Below, in pieces: positions 1 through 9,056 of a DNA stretch of 64,000 nucleotides (positions are counted from its first letter, which is position 1; the number at the start of each line of letters is the position of its first letter). A program made the translations under genes and the position numbers. The notes beneath the pieces were generated by a model. The model was not told the DNA's origin. It was given only the letters and a program-made list of their open reading frames with translations, and ran no database searches. Origin of the DNA: an uncultured Candidatus Saccharibacteria bacterium (GTDB taxonomy: Bacteria > Patescibacteriota > Minisyncoccia > Phycocordibacterales > Zambryskibacteraceae). The DNA is taken from contig CAZUDK010000001.1 in NCBI GenBank assembly GCA_964618905.1, forward strand, positions 13,982 to 77,981, in the 5' to 3' direction.

Positions 1-10
1 TTATGATCTT

Positions 11-1813
11 CTACTCAAGTACAGCCTTTATTCTTCTGACACCTGCCGAAACAGATTCTTCTTTGATGATTTTGAACTTGCCAAGAACAGATGTGTTTTC
101 AACATGCGGCCCGCCGCAGAATTCTTTTGAATAAGCACTTTCGAGTGAATCGCCGATATAGTAAACACTGACTTCATCGGGATATTTCTGGTCGAAGAAA
201 TGCCTTGCGCCAATTTTCAGAGCTTCCTCCTTCGGCATGATCTTGCTTTGTACAGGCAAAGCTTCAGCGATTTTTTCATTCACAATATCTTCCACCTTTT
301 GCTTCTCTTCATCTGTCAGTTTGCGCGGAAAAGAAAAGTCAAAACGCAGACGCTCCGGAGTAATGTTACTGCCTTTCTGCCCCACTTCATCTCCAAGAAC
401 ATCATGCAAAGCTTGATGCAAGAGATGTGTCGCTGTGTGATACTTCACGCTTTTTTCTGAAGTATCAGCCAAGCCTCCTTTAAACTTTTGCTCTGCTCCG
501 GCGCGGCTCTTTTCTTGATGCTCTGAAAGCAGCTTCTTGAATCCTTCTACATCGACTTTAATACCTCGCTCATCGGCAATTTCAACAGTAAGCTCAATAG
601 GAAAGCCAAATGTCTGGTAAAGATCAAAAGCTTTTTCTCCGGAAATGCTTTTTTCCTCCACAGAATTTTCCAAACCGTAATCTGAGCCGATTTCTTTTTC
701 AAGCTGGGAAAGACCTAGCCTTAAAGTCTTCCTAAATTTTTCTTCTTCGCCGCTAATGTTTTTATCAATATCTTCACTTGCCTTTGCAAGTTCAGGGTAT
801 ACATCTTCGTATTTCGAGATAACTTCATCTGCCACATTAAATAATCCGCCCGGAATAATACCGAGTACATCCGCATACCTTACGGCACGCCTCAAGAGTC
901 TGCGCAATACATAACCTCTGTCAGTATTGGAAGGCACTACTCCGTCTGCAATCATAAAGACTGATGTCCTGATGTGGTCTGCTACTATTCTCTCTGCCTT
1001 TTCATCCGAAGTCGATGAAAGATCTTTAATTTCCGACATGATGGAATCAAAAAGGTCAGTCTCGTAGGCAGTCTTCTTGCCCTGCATGACTGATGCCATC
1101 CTTTCAAGTCCGGCTCCGGTATCAACATTTTGCTGAGAGAGCTTGCCGGCAACCTGTCCATCTTTTTTAAGATATTCCATGAAAACGTTGTTCCATATCT
1201 CAACCAAGTCTTCCCTCTCTACAGCACTGATGAAGTCAGACTTTGATAGATCTCCCAAACCTTGACCTGTTAAGTCATAAAACATTTCCGTGTCAGGTCC
1301 GGACGGGCCATCATTACCTGCCGACCACCAGTTATCATCTGCACCAAGCGGGTAGATCCTGTCCTCCGGTATCCCAAGGCTCATCCATATATCTTTTGAA
1401 GTTTGATCAAAATCAGCATTATCATCTCCTTCAAAAATAGTCACATACAGTTTTTTAGGATCAAGACCGAGACCTTCTTCATCTGAAGTAAGAAACTCAT
1501 AACTCCATTTAATAGCATCTTCTTTGAAATAATCCCCAAGAGACCAGTTACCCATCATTTCAAAAAAAGTGAAATGCCTGTTGTCTCCGATATCGTCCAA
1601 ATCTCCAGTTCGGACGCACTTTTGAATATTGACCAGCCTCCTGCCTTTCGGATGTTCCTTACCTAAAAGAAAGGGTGCGAGCGGCTGCATGCCGGCAGTG
1701 GTGAACAGAACAGATGAATCATTCTCAGGCACCAAAGGCGCTGAAGGGATCACAGCATGTCCCCTCTTTTCAAAAAAATCCAAAAATCTCTGCCTTATAT
1801 CCTTTGATTCCAT
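11..1813 (-). CDS. alaS: Alanyl-tRNA synthetase, short 600-aa form with catalytic, tRNA-recognition and editing domains but no C-Ala domain
   Basis: The N-terminus MESKDIRQRFLDFFEKRGHAVIPSAPLVP...FTTAGMQ is the class II AlaRS core. The C-terminal ...CGGPHVENTS is the editing-domain zinc motif. The stop codon is TAG at 11-13. Confidence 0.9.
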   Translation of the reverse strand: MESKDIRQRFLDFFEKRGHAVIPSAPLVPENDSSVLFTTAGMQPLAPFLLGKEHPKGRRLVNIQKCVRTGDLDDIGDNRHFTFFEMMGNWSLGDYFKEDAIKWSYEFLTSDEEGLGLDPKKLYVTIFEGDDNADFDQTSKDIWMSLGIPEDRIYPLGADDNWWSAGNDGPSGPDTEMFYDLTGQGLGDLSKSDFISAVEREDLVEIWNNVFMEYLKKDGQVAGKLSQQNVDTGAGLERMASVMQGKKTAYETDLFDSIMSEIKDLSSTSDEKAERIVADHIRTSVFMIADGVVPSNTDRGYVLRRLLRRAVRYADVLGIIPGGLFNVADEVISKYEDVYPELAKASEDIDKNISGEEEKFRKTLRLGLSQLEKEIGSDYGLENSVEEKSISGEKAFDLYQTFGFPIELTVEIADERGIKVDVEGFKKLLSEHQEKSRAGAEQKFKGGLADTSEKSVKYHTATHLLHQALHDVLGDEVGQKGSNITPERLRFDFSFPRKLTDEEKQKVEDIVNEKIAEALPVQSKIMPKEEALKIGARHFFDQKYPDEVSVYYIGDSLESAYSKEFCGGPHVENTSVLGKFKIIKEESVSAGVRRIKAVLE

Positions 1814-1835
1814 GGGGCTAATATAGCATATCTAC

Positions 1836-2477
1836 TTACTTAGACTGTAATAGCTTCAAAATCTTAAAGTCTTCCATAAGGGTGGATTTGAGCTCTTGGT
1901 TGTATATGGCGGCGGCAGGATGATAGAGGGGTATGACCTTTACTTTTACATCATCTATCTGTGTTTCGAAAACCTTGCCGTGCAAAACACTTATAGGCCC
2001 AAGCTCCCATTCCAAGCCATATCTATTCATGACGTATTGCATGGAAAATCTTCCTAATGCTGCTATGACCTTCGGCTTGATGATTTCAATCTGCCTGTCT
2101 AAATACGGAGCATAAAGAGCGATTTCATCCGGCAGAGGATCACGATTCTTGGGAGGACGATCTTTGACTATATTTGTAACATAAGTGTCCTGCCGAGATA
2201 TGTCTGCAGACTCTAAGAGTTCATCCAGTATCTGGCCGGCCCTTCCGCAGAAGGGCCGGCCTGTCTTGGCCTCATTTTCTCCGGGAGCCTCGCCGACAAA
2301 CAATACTTCGGCAGTATGATTACCCTCTCCTATCACAGGAAAATACCCGTTGGCTCTGCGGAAATCTGCAAGTCCAGATCCAGACAAGGCCAGAACTTCG
2401 TCACGTATTTCTTTCAGTTTCTCACTTCGCTCTTCGCTCATGCTTAACTCCAGCTTTCTTTCTAAGTGCGTCACCAA
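1836..2477 (-). CDS. Family 4 uracil-DNA glycosylase
   Basis: The motif GEGNHTAEVLFVGEAPGENEAKTGRPFCGRAGQILDELL matches the family-4 UDG GE(A/G)PG...F.G.AG signature. The start may instead be the internal MSEERSEK. Confidence 0.8.
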   Translation of the reverse strand: MVTHLERKLELSMSEERSEKLKEIRDEVLALSGSGLADFRRANGYFPVIGEGNHTAEVLFVGEAPGENEAKTGRPFCGRAGQILDELLESADISRQDTYVTNIVKDRPPKNRDPLPDEIALYAPYLDRQIEIIKPKVIAALGRFSMQYVMNRYGLEWELGPISVLHGKVFETQIDDVKVKVIPLYHPAAAIYNQELKSTLMEDFKILKLLQSK

Positions 2478-3213
2478 GAGCTGCTACATACCGGCAATAA
2501 TCGCAGTCCTTGCCGGAAGACGGCAAGCGTTCATCTTCAAGACATTGGCGGATAGACAGAAGCACCCTAGGTATCCAATCTGTTTTGCCTTCATAAGGCA
2601 AAACAGTAACATCAAATTCCAATTTGCCGTCTAAAGCTTCTTTGTCTGTCTTGCCATTAACATAAACGAAGTAGCCTGTACTTGATACATCAAAACCGTT
2701 CTGACGGAAAAGCCATTGATAGACTTCCATCTGCCTTTTGTACTGAGTTTTCCATTCATCATCCAAAGTAATTTCTTCTTCTTTGCTGGTAGCTTTGTAA
2801 TCAACAATCAGAAGCTCACCTTTCGGATTTACCCAGACGTCATCTACTCCGCCTCTCAATAAAAGATTCGACTTCGGATCATGGTAAGAGATTCCCCTCT
2901 TGAGAGCATCGCGCCATTCCTCCAATCGCTCGTCAGCTAAAGGCACAGCATCAATACCATAAGTTTCCATCAAAGGATGCTTTGTCTTACTGACTCTATG
3001 AATATCAAACTCCTTCTTCAAGAGAGTGTCTACGGCATTGTTTAAAGTGAATGGGAAACTCGCAGGACGACCCACCCCCATACGCTGGTCAAGATAAAAG
3101 CAGCGAGGACACTGAACAAACAGATCCACCTTGCTTCTACTCAATCTGAAAGGCTCATTAGAGTTTGGGTCAAAGAGGCCTCTAGTTCTCCGAGGATTGT
3201 AGTATTTAGACAT
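2422..3213 (-). CDS. PD-(D/E)XK nuclease, Cas4/RecB-like with Fe-S-type cysteines
   Basis: LIVDYKATSK and QMEVYQW give the D...E.K and QxxxY motifs. An N-terminal CPRC plus a C-terminal C...CDYC give the Cas4-like four cysteines. The 3' end overlaps the UDG start by 56 nt. Confidence 0.6.
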   Translation of the reverse strand: MSKYYNPRRTRGLFDPNSNEPFRLSRSKVDLFVQCPRCFYLDQRMGVGRPASFPFTLNNAVDTLLKKEFDIHRVSKTKHPLMETYGIDAVPLADERLEEWRDALKRGISYHDPKSNLLLRGGVDDVWVNPKGELLIVDYKATSKEEEITLDDEWKTQYKRQMEVYQWLFRQNGFDVSSTGYFVYVNGKTDKEALDGKLEFDVTVLPYEGKTDWIPRVLLSIRQCLEDERLPSSGKDCDYCRYVAALGDALRKKAGVKHERRAK

Positions 3214-3674
3214 TAACTATTATTAAGACGTAAGATTTTGTGTTCTATGAACCAAAACAGCGTAAAAACTATTAGAGTTGCTATTGTAGCAAATATTGAC
3301 AGTGCCAGCAGGCCATACCCTACAGCCATTCCAATTCCCGCAGAAACCCACAGTCCTGCCGCCGTGGTAAGGCCGGATACATGTGAATTCTTAAATATAA
3401 TAACCCCTCCGCAAAGAAAGCCTATACCCATAATAATTCCAGCCGCTACTCTAAGAGGATCGAAACTGTAAGCCGTAATATTCGGTATAACTGAAGTAGC
3501 AATGAGTATAAAGAGGCATGATCCCATGGAAACAAGTCCAAATGTTCTAACTCCAGCCCTCTTGCCGGCAAAAGATCTTTCAAGTCCCACAGCCGAGCCA
3601 AGAAGCATAGCTATAATAAGATAAACAAAAGGTAAAAACTCAGGATCTATATTTGTTAGCATGTTAAAGTTCAT
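3213..3674 (-). CDS. MgtC/SapB family membrane protein
   Basis: GLERSFAGKRAGVRT is the MgtC signature. The protein is hydrophobic with multiple predicted TM segments. Confidence 0.7.
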   Translation of the reverse strand: MNFNMLTNIDPEFLPFVYLIIAMLLGSAVGLERSFAGKRAGVRTFGLVSMGSCLFILIATSVIPNITAYSFDPLRVAAGIIMGIGFLCGGVIIFKNSHVSGLTTAAGLWVSAGIGMAVGYGLLALSIFATIATLIVFTLFWFIEHKILRLNNS

Positions 3675-4605
3675 TAATTTCTTTAATTACTGGTCGGCTA
3701 TCGAAATTCGAGCCGAGCACTTTCTGTAATATGGAAGGGTTATCCTTCACATTCGAACACAGCACCGCGCCGGCTGCCGCCAGCGCTCTCTTCTCTTTAA
3801 TCGAAAGAGAAGTCAGGCAGGTAATAGGATGAAGTGTTCCCTCTTCTATCATATCCTGCAGATTGCCTTTCTCAGGATAATTCCAGCCCACCAGAGTGAG
3901 ATTCTTGCAGTTGGCATACTTGATAGCTGTTGAAGAAAATTTTGTATTGGTCAGAAGCCAGCCATCTGTCAGTTCCCTATCCTTGCCTCCATAATTGAAG
4001 ACATTGCCTTTAAGATCATCAAACCGTGCTTTCACATACAAAGCTACTTTCAAGTCTGATTTGGTTCCGGGTTCATTATGGAATTTTGCTTCCACCATCA
4101 CTAATTTCTTTTCATTCCATGCCACCACGTCGACTTCATGAGAAACACAGCCGCCGAGCACTGTCTGGCGAGTCATAGTCTCAAATCCTTTTTCTTTGAG
4201 GACATCTGCTACAAAATCCTCAAACGGAAATCCTGTCGGTCCAAGTTCCATGACAGCTCTGCGCAGAGAATATCTTCTGGCAGCCGGCTTCTGCAACTTC
4301 TTTAAGACGTCGAAAGCATGCTTGTATATCTCTGAAGTCGTAGTGTCGTTATGCAGATCTTCTTTAACACGAAGAAGAACTTCATCTACTATTTTTTTTG
4401 AAGCGCCGGAACGCAAGAGAGATGCACGCAATTTTTCTGGCTCGAATGCCTCACGCTTGCCGTTTGCCTTTATGACAACTATCTGGTTCGGCATTAAGGC
4501 ATCCGGTGCAACCTTCTTAATTGCTTCCTTAAGCACTGTGGACATACTTAAAGTATACCCCAGATTTACTCTACAGCACTGTCGATAATACCGCCGCCAA
4601 GGCAA
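3664..4605 (-). CDS. ATP-cone domain protein fused to a Mrr-like PD-(D/E)XK restriction-endonuclease fold
   Basis: The N-terminal VVIKANGKREAFEPEKLRASLLRSGAS resembles an ATP cone. The central HEVDVVAWNEKKLVMVEAKF is a D...E.K nuclease core. The likely start is the internal MSTVLKEA. Confidence 0.55.
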   Translation of the reverse strand: MPWRRYYRQCCRVNLGYTLSMSTVLKEAIKKVAPDALMPNQIVVIKANGKREAFEPEKLRASLLRSGASKKIVDEVLLRVKEDLHNDTTTSEIYKHAFDVLKKLQKPAARRYSLRRAVMELGPTGFPFEDFVADVLKEKGFETMTRQTVLGGCVSHEVDVVAWNEKKLVMVEAKFHNEPGTKSDLKVALYVKARFDDLKGNVFNYGGKDRELTDGWLLTNTKFSSTAIKYANCKNLTLVGWNYPEKGNLQDMIEEGTLHPITCLTSLSIKEKRALAAAGAVLCSNVKDNPSILQKVLGSNFDSRPVIKEINEL

Positions 4606-5651
4606 GTCTCTTCTTGGTACAAAACAGCAGACTGCCCGAAAGAAAGACCCCTCTGCGGCTTGTGGAATTTTAATACAAGTTTCTTACCCGCAAGTTTAAG
4701 CTGGGCCGGAAATTTCTCCTGTCTATATCTTATTCTGACCAAGACTTGGGCATCGTCCGGCTCTGTTATCCAATTTACGCGGCTTAGAGCTACTTTATCC
4801 GGAGAGAGCGACTCTGCTTCAGTGATAGAATCAGAGACTGTAATAGTATTAGCTTTCATGTCTTTGCTAACTACGTAAAAAGGCCCGTCTGAATCAGATT
4901 TCTTAGTTATATCAAAGCCATGCCTTTCACCGATGGTGTAATAGAGAACACCTTTGTGAGTGCCTATAACTTTGCCGTTAGTGTCGAGCACATCACCCGG
5001 CAGAGCTTCTATAAAATGCGACAGAAATTCTTCCATGCTGACATCACCAAGAAAACATATCCCCTGACTATCTTTCTTATCAGCCACAGGCAGATTAATT
5101 TCTTCAGCTATCCGGCGAACCTCTTTCTTTTGAAGATTGCCTATTGGAAATAGAATGTGCGGCAAGTCTTCTTGCGTCAGAGTCCACAAGAAATAGCTCT
5201 GGTCTTTTTCCTTGTCTTCTCCTTCACGAAGCATGCGCTGCGCTTTATCACCTTTTTTGCGTGCAACATTAGCATAGTGTCCCGTAGCAATATAATCAGC
5301 ACCCATCTCTTTTGCTTTCTTCCAAAAAGCACCAAACTTTATTTCTCTGTTGCATAAAACATCCGGATTCGGAGTCCTGCCGGCTCTATATTCTTTAAGC
5401 ATGTAATCCACCACACCTCTCTTGTATTCATCTTCAAAATCAAAAAAGAGAAAAGGTATATCAAGGGCGAGAGCGACCCGCATAGCATCTCTTCTTTCCT
5501 CTCTCCAATTGCAAGGCAAAAAATCAGGCTGCCAAACCTTGATGAATACTCCGGTTACATCGTAGCCTTGCTCCTTTAAGAGATGCGCAGAAACAGCAGA
5601 GTCTACGCCGCCAGAGAGCCCGACAAATACTTTTTTACCTTTATTATCCAT
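4566..5651 (-). CDS. mnmA: tRNA-specific 2-thiouridylase MnmA
   Basis: VFVGLSGGVDSAV is the PP-loop. The overall MnmA architecture and length (361 aa) fit. Confidence 0.9.
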   Translation of the reverse strand: MDNKGKKVFVGLSGGVDSAVSAHLLKEQGYDVTGVFIKVWQPDFLPCNWREERRDAMRVALALDIPFLFFDFEDEYKRGVVDYMLKEYRAGRTPNPDVLCNREIKFGAFWKKAKEMGADYIATGHYANVARKKGDKAQRMLREGEDKEKDQSYFLWTLTQEDLPHILFPIGNLQKKEVRRIAEEINLPVADKKDSQGICFLGDVSMEEFLSHFIEALPGDVLDTNGKVIGTHKGVLYYTIGERHGFDITKKSDSDGPFYVVSKDMKANTITVSDSITEAESLSPDKVALSRVNWITEPDDAQVLVRIRYRQEKFPAQLKLAGKKLVLKFHKPQRGLSFGQSAVLYQEETCLGGGIIDSAVE

Positions 5652-5750
5652 AATCTTCGAGAGTTTATCACATCAATATTAAACGCGAAAACTGATATAC
5701 AAGCTGTAGGTTACGCATATTTATTCGACATTGAATATTGAACAAACCTG

Positions 5751-6713
5751 CTAAGGATTCAAATATTTTTGTTTATTTTGAACATGCTTATCATGATTGG
5801 TTGCGTAATACATCATCCCGTCATCACCAGTTAAGAAATACAAATAAGGAGACACTGTTGGATTAAGAGCCGCCAAAATACTCTCTAGACCGGGATTAGA
5901 AATAGGTTTCGGAGGAAGGCCTTTATATAAATAAGTGTTATACGGAGAGTCTATCTTAAGATCGTCAGTCGTAAGGTCTTCAGTTGTTTTGCCGTTAACA
6001 TATACGAAGCTGGCATCTACTTGCAAAGGAATATCGAGCTCAATACGTCTCCATAAAATGCCGGATATCATTTCCCTGTCTTCTTTATTATTGGCTTCAG
6101 CCTCTATTATAGATGCCATAGTTATGATCTCTCCCAAGGAACGGCCGGAAAGCTCCACTTCTGGCATCAGAGGAAAGATTTTTCTGATGAAATTATCCCT
6201 TAGAAGTTTTATGGTGGATGTGGCTGTACTATTTACTGGCACGAAATACGTATCAGGGAAAAGATACCCTTCGGGCGCTAAAGACTCAAAAACTTCATGG
6301 TCAAAAAGAGGGAACCTGTCATCGAAAAGAGCAGAGATTTTAGCAACGGTAAAGCCCTCTGGTATTGTTATTCTGACTCTTTCTATCTGATAATCGCCAT
6401 CGACTATCCTCTTGGCTATAAAGAAAGCATTCTCAGGCTTCTCCATGTAATAATCCCCCGCTTTCATCGCTCTCTCTCCTCCCAAAGCTATAGCAGCTAC
6501 CCTGAACCAAAATGGCGAGCGAATAACCTGTTTTTTCTCCAGTTCGGAAGAGAGTTCAAACAGACCTGAACCTCTATTAACAGCTACAATAGTATCTTTT
6601 GGAAAAGCTCTTGGAGCAGATATGCTGAAAAAATACACGCAGACCAAAACTAGGCCTGCAAGAAATAGAGCAAAAAGAAAAACTAATTTCCCTTGTGTAA
6701 AAGGTGTACGCAT
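5751..6713 (-). CDS. mltG: Endolytic murein transglycosylase MltG (YceG family)
   Basis: An N-terminal TM segment is followed by the GLPPKPISNPGLESILAALNP YceG motif. Confidence 0.85.
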   Translation of the reverse strand: MRTPFTQGKLVFLFALFLAGLVLVCVYFFSISAPRAFPKDTIVAVNRGSGLFELSSELEKKQVIRSPFWFRVAAIALGGERAMKAGDYYMEKPENAFFIAKRIVDGDYQIERVRITIPEGFTVAKISALFDDRFPLFDHEVFESLAPEGYLFPDTYFVPVNSTATSTIKLLRDNFIRKIFPLMPEVELSGRSLGEIITMASIIEAEANNKEDREMISGILWRRIELDIPLQVDASFVYVNGKTTEDLTTDDLKIDSPYNTYLYKGLPPKPISNPGLESILAALNPTVSPYLYFLTGDDGMMYYATNHDKHVQNKQKYLNP

Positions 6714-6718
6714 GATGA

Positions 6719-7963
6719 TTAAATAGGCAGATTAGCTGGAGCCTCAGCTTTCTTAGAAGGTATCCTGGAAAGAGTTGGAGTAGCTGCCACTTCTGAGCTT
6801 GGGAAGTGGTATATAGTTGCAAGTTCTTCAGTTGTTAGAATAAATGGATTGCCATGAAAATTCTTAAAAGGAGCATTAAAGAATGATCGTCTCTTGTAAG
6901 CTTCCAAGAGTTTGCGCTGCTCATTCATCTTTCTTCTCTCTTTGAAGTCCTGCCAAGGATAGTCATAGCCGGCAGAGAAACCGGGCTTAAAGCCGTTTAA
7001 GTTGCTGGAATTGAATTGAGTTACAGAGCCTATTAAACCGCCTATATTTGCCGGATTAAATACATCTACCTCAGCGAAGTAAGTTGCCCTTATCATTGTG
7101 TCGAAAGCGCTCTTGCCAGACGTTCTCTCTATAGCTTTAACTACTTCTTTCTGCCCTTCGCTGAGATGCTTGCTCTCAGGAGTGCTCTTATCTTCCGGAT
7201 CTTTATATAAACCTTTTTTCATGAGATCTTTGATTTCCTTTTCTATGCCTCCTTTCCAGTCAGGCTTAGTGAAAACGCGGCCGTATTTGATGCCTTCTTT
7301 AGCATGAGCTTGGATCATTATTTGTATCCAAGCCTGCTCTCCTGTTTTGAGCGATCCAAGATATTCCAGAACGGTAGTTATCGGATCAACTTTGAACTCT
7401 TCTTCAATGTTTTCATCTAAGCCGTAATCAATATAGGTCTTTATCGGGTAAGCATCGGCCTTGGTAAGAGCAAACTGACCAAACCAACCAAACTTTATCT
7501 TGGAAGGATCATGATGTACGGCAAGAGCATAGTCTGCCACTTCTCGAACTTCAATATTCGGAAATTGGGCATACAACTGAGTCTCAATGCGGCTCTTAAA
7601 ATCTTCCATAGCCCATATAAAGAAATGTACCGTGCCGTCTATAGACACAAGCTCTAAAGAAAACCACGAACGTACGCGGCCTTTGAGATATACATCTATA
7701 AGCGAACCTACTCCGGGCTGATATAGAGTGTTTAGAAAGACTTCCATAGCAGCAGGAGTTTTAAGTATTTCTCGCGGTATCTTTATCTCCAAAAGCACAG
7801 AACCTTTGTTCTTTATCCACTCACGCCTTTTATATTCAAGCCAAATATCAAAAGAAACTGCCAAAAGAAGAGCAGGCAGCCAGATAGGAGCTGTTTTCCA
7901 AAGTGCGTTTAAGACGTCTAGGAATATATCTGTTTGGAAAAGAGAAGATAATTCTCCAAGCAT
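6719..7963 (-). CDS. Hypothetical membrane-anchored protein of 414 aa
   Basis: The ORF is long and clean, with an N-terminal TM segment (PIWLPALLLAVSFDIWL). It has no Walker motif. I do not recognise the family. Confidence 0.55.
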   Translation of the reverse strand: MLGELSSLFQTDIFLDVLNALWKTAPIWLPALLLAVSFDIWLEYKRREWIKNKGSVLLEIKIPREILKTPAAMEVFLNTLYQPGVGSLIDVYLKGRVRSWFSLELVSIDGTVHFFIWAMEDFKSRIETQLYAQFPNIEVREVADYALAVHHDPSKIKFGWFGQFALTKADAYPIKTYIDYGLDENIEEEFKVDPITTVLEYLGSLKTGEQAWIQIMIQAHAKEGIKYGRVFTKPDWKGGIEKEIKDLMKKGLYKDPEDKSTPESKHLSEGQKEVVKAIERTSGKSAFDTMIRATYFAEVDVFNPANIGGLIGSVTQFNSSNLNGFKPGFSAGYDYPWQDFKERRKMNEQRKLLEAYKRRSFFNAPFKNFHGNPFILTTEELATIYHFPSSEVAATPTLSRIPSKKAEAPANLPI

Positions 7964-7972
7964 TAATATATT

Positions 7973-9010
7973 TTACACATTATGATACAGATTGTCTTTA
8001 TCTTTTTTGAAGAACTTGGTGTTTTGTAAGTTTACTAGGATAGTGTTTTCTTTTACGTATCTTTCTTTCAAAACTCTCTTTACTATTTCTTCTTTGGTTA
8101 GAGGGCCTTCCTTTTCTATTATTTTTCTAATTACATCCTTAACAACTCCGGACATATATCCCCATTCTGAAAGCGCATATAATCCTCGTCCTACCAGTAC
8201 GAATCTATCGTCTTTTATAAGCTCGTTGTGAGTAGTGGCAACATGAGCCTTTTTATCGAAATATTGCGTGATAGCTTTGGCAACTTCTTTGAAGTGTATA
8301 GGTTCTCCGTGCTTTCTGATAACCAGAAAAGCATAATCCCTCATGCCTTTAGCCCGAACATTTGGAGAGCTTGCTTTACCCCATTCTCCCAAAGGGTTTC
8401 TGTCTATTTTATGCGAGAGCGCAAGCCATCTTTTTATTATTTCCTCGTTCTTATATTTTTCATTCAAATCTTTCATTTCATCAAGGAAAGATTCTATAAG
8501 ATCTCCTTCGGCAATTAAGTCGTCATCATCCAGTCTGGAATAAAGCCTCTTGAGAGCTTCCTCTATTTTCTTTGCAAGCTCAGGATCCACCTGCCATCGG
8601 TGCTTGAAATCCGAATCTTCTTTAAGGCGCTGGAATTCTTCGCCGACAACCAAGAGAAAATGGAAGTGGTTCTTGGTGCTCTCATCTTTAGCCAGATAAT
8701 CCAAAAGATCTTTTTCGGAAATAACTGCTCCAAGAGAGGCGATAAGATTCTTGAGCTCAATAAAGACTGGTGCCAAATCCTTGTACACAGAAGATTTCCT
8801 CATGGTCATCAAGGAATGGTTCTCTATCTGCCTTACACGCTCTCTGGTGATGCCATATTTCTTACCTATAGCATCGAGAGTAAGCTTCTGAGACTTTGCA
8901 CCGAGGCCGTAACGATTGATGATGACGTCCTGTGCGCGTTTGGACAGAACAGACAACAAGCGCTTCGTTGCATCCTTCGGTTTAAAAGTTAATGCTATCT
9001 TTTCAGTCAT
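7973..9010 (-). CDS. Sigma-70 region-4 HTH plus C-terminal HARE-HTH domain DNA-binding protein
   Basis: The N-terminal LTLDAIGKKYGITRERVRQIE is a region-4 type HTH. The C-terminal IHFKEVAKAITQYFDKKAHVATTHNELIKDDRFVLVGRGLYAL resembles a HARE-HTH. Confidence 0.55.
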   Translation of the reverse strand: MTEKIALTFKPKDATKRLLSVLSKRAQDVIINRYGLGAKSQKLTLDAIGKKYGITRERVRQIENHSLMTMRKSSVYKDLAPVFIELKNLIASLGAVISEKDLLDYLAKDESTKNHFHFLLVVGEEFQRLKEDSDFKHRWQVDPELAKKIEEALKRLYSRLDDDDLIAEGDLIESFLDEMKDLNEKYKNEEIIKRWLALSHKIDRNPLGEWGKASSPNVRAKGMRDYAFLVIRKHGEPIHFKEVAKAITQYFDKKAHVATTHNELIKDDRFVLVGRGLYALSEWGYMSGVVKDVIRKIIEKEGPLTKEEIVKRVLKERYVKENTILVNLQNTKFFKKDKDNLYHNV

Positions 9011-9056
9011 ATTTGACCTCTATTTTTATCATTGACTAATGTATATGTCAAGGATT

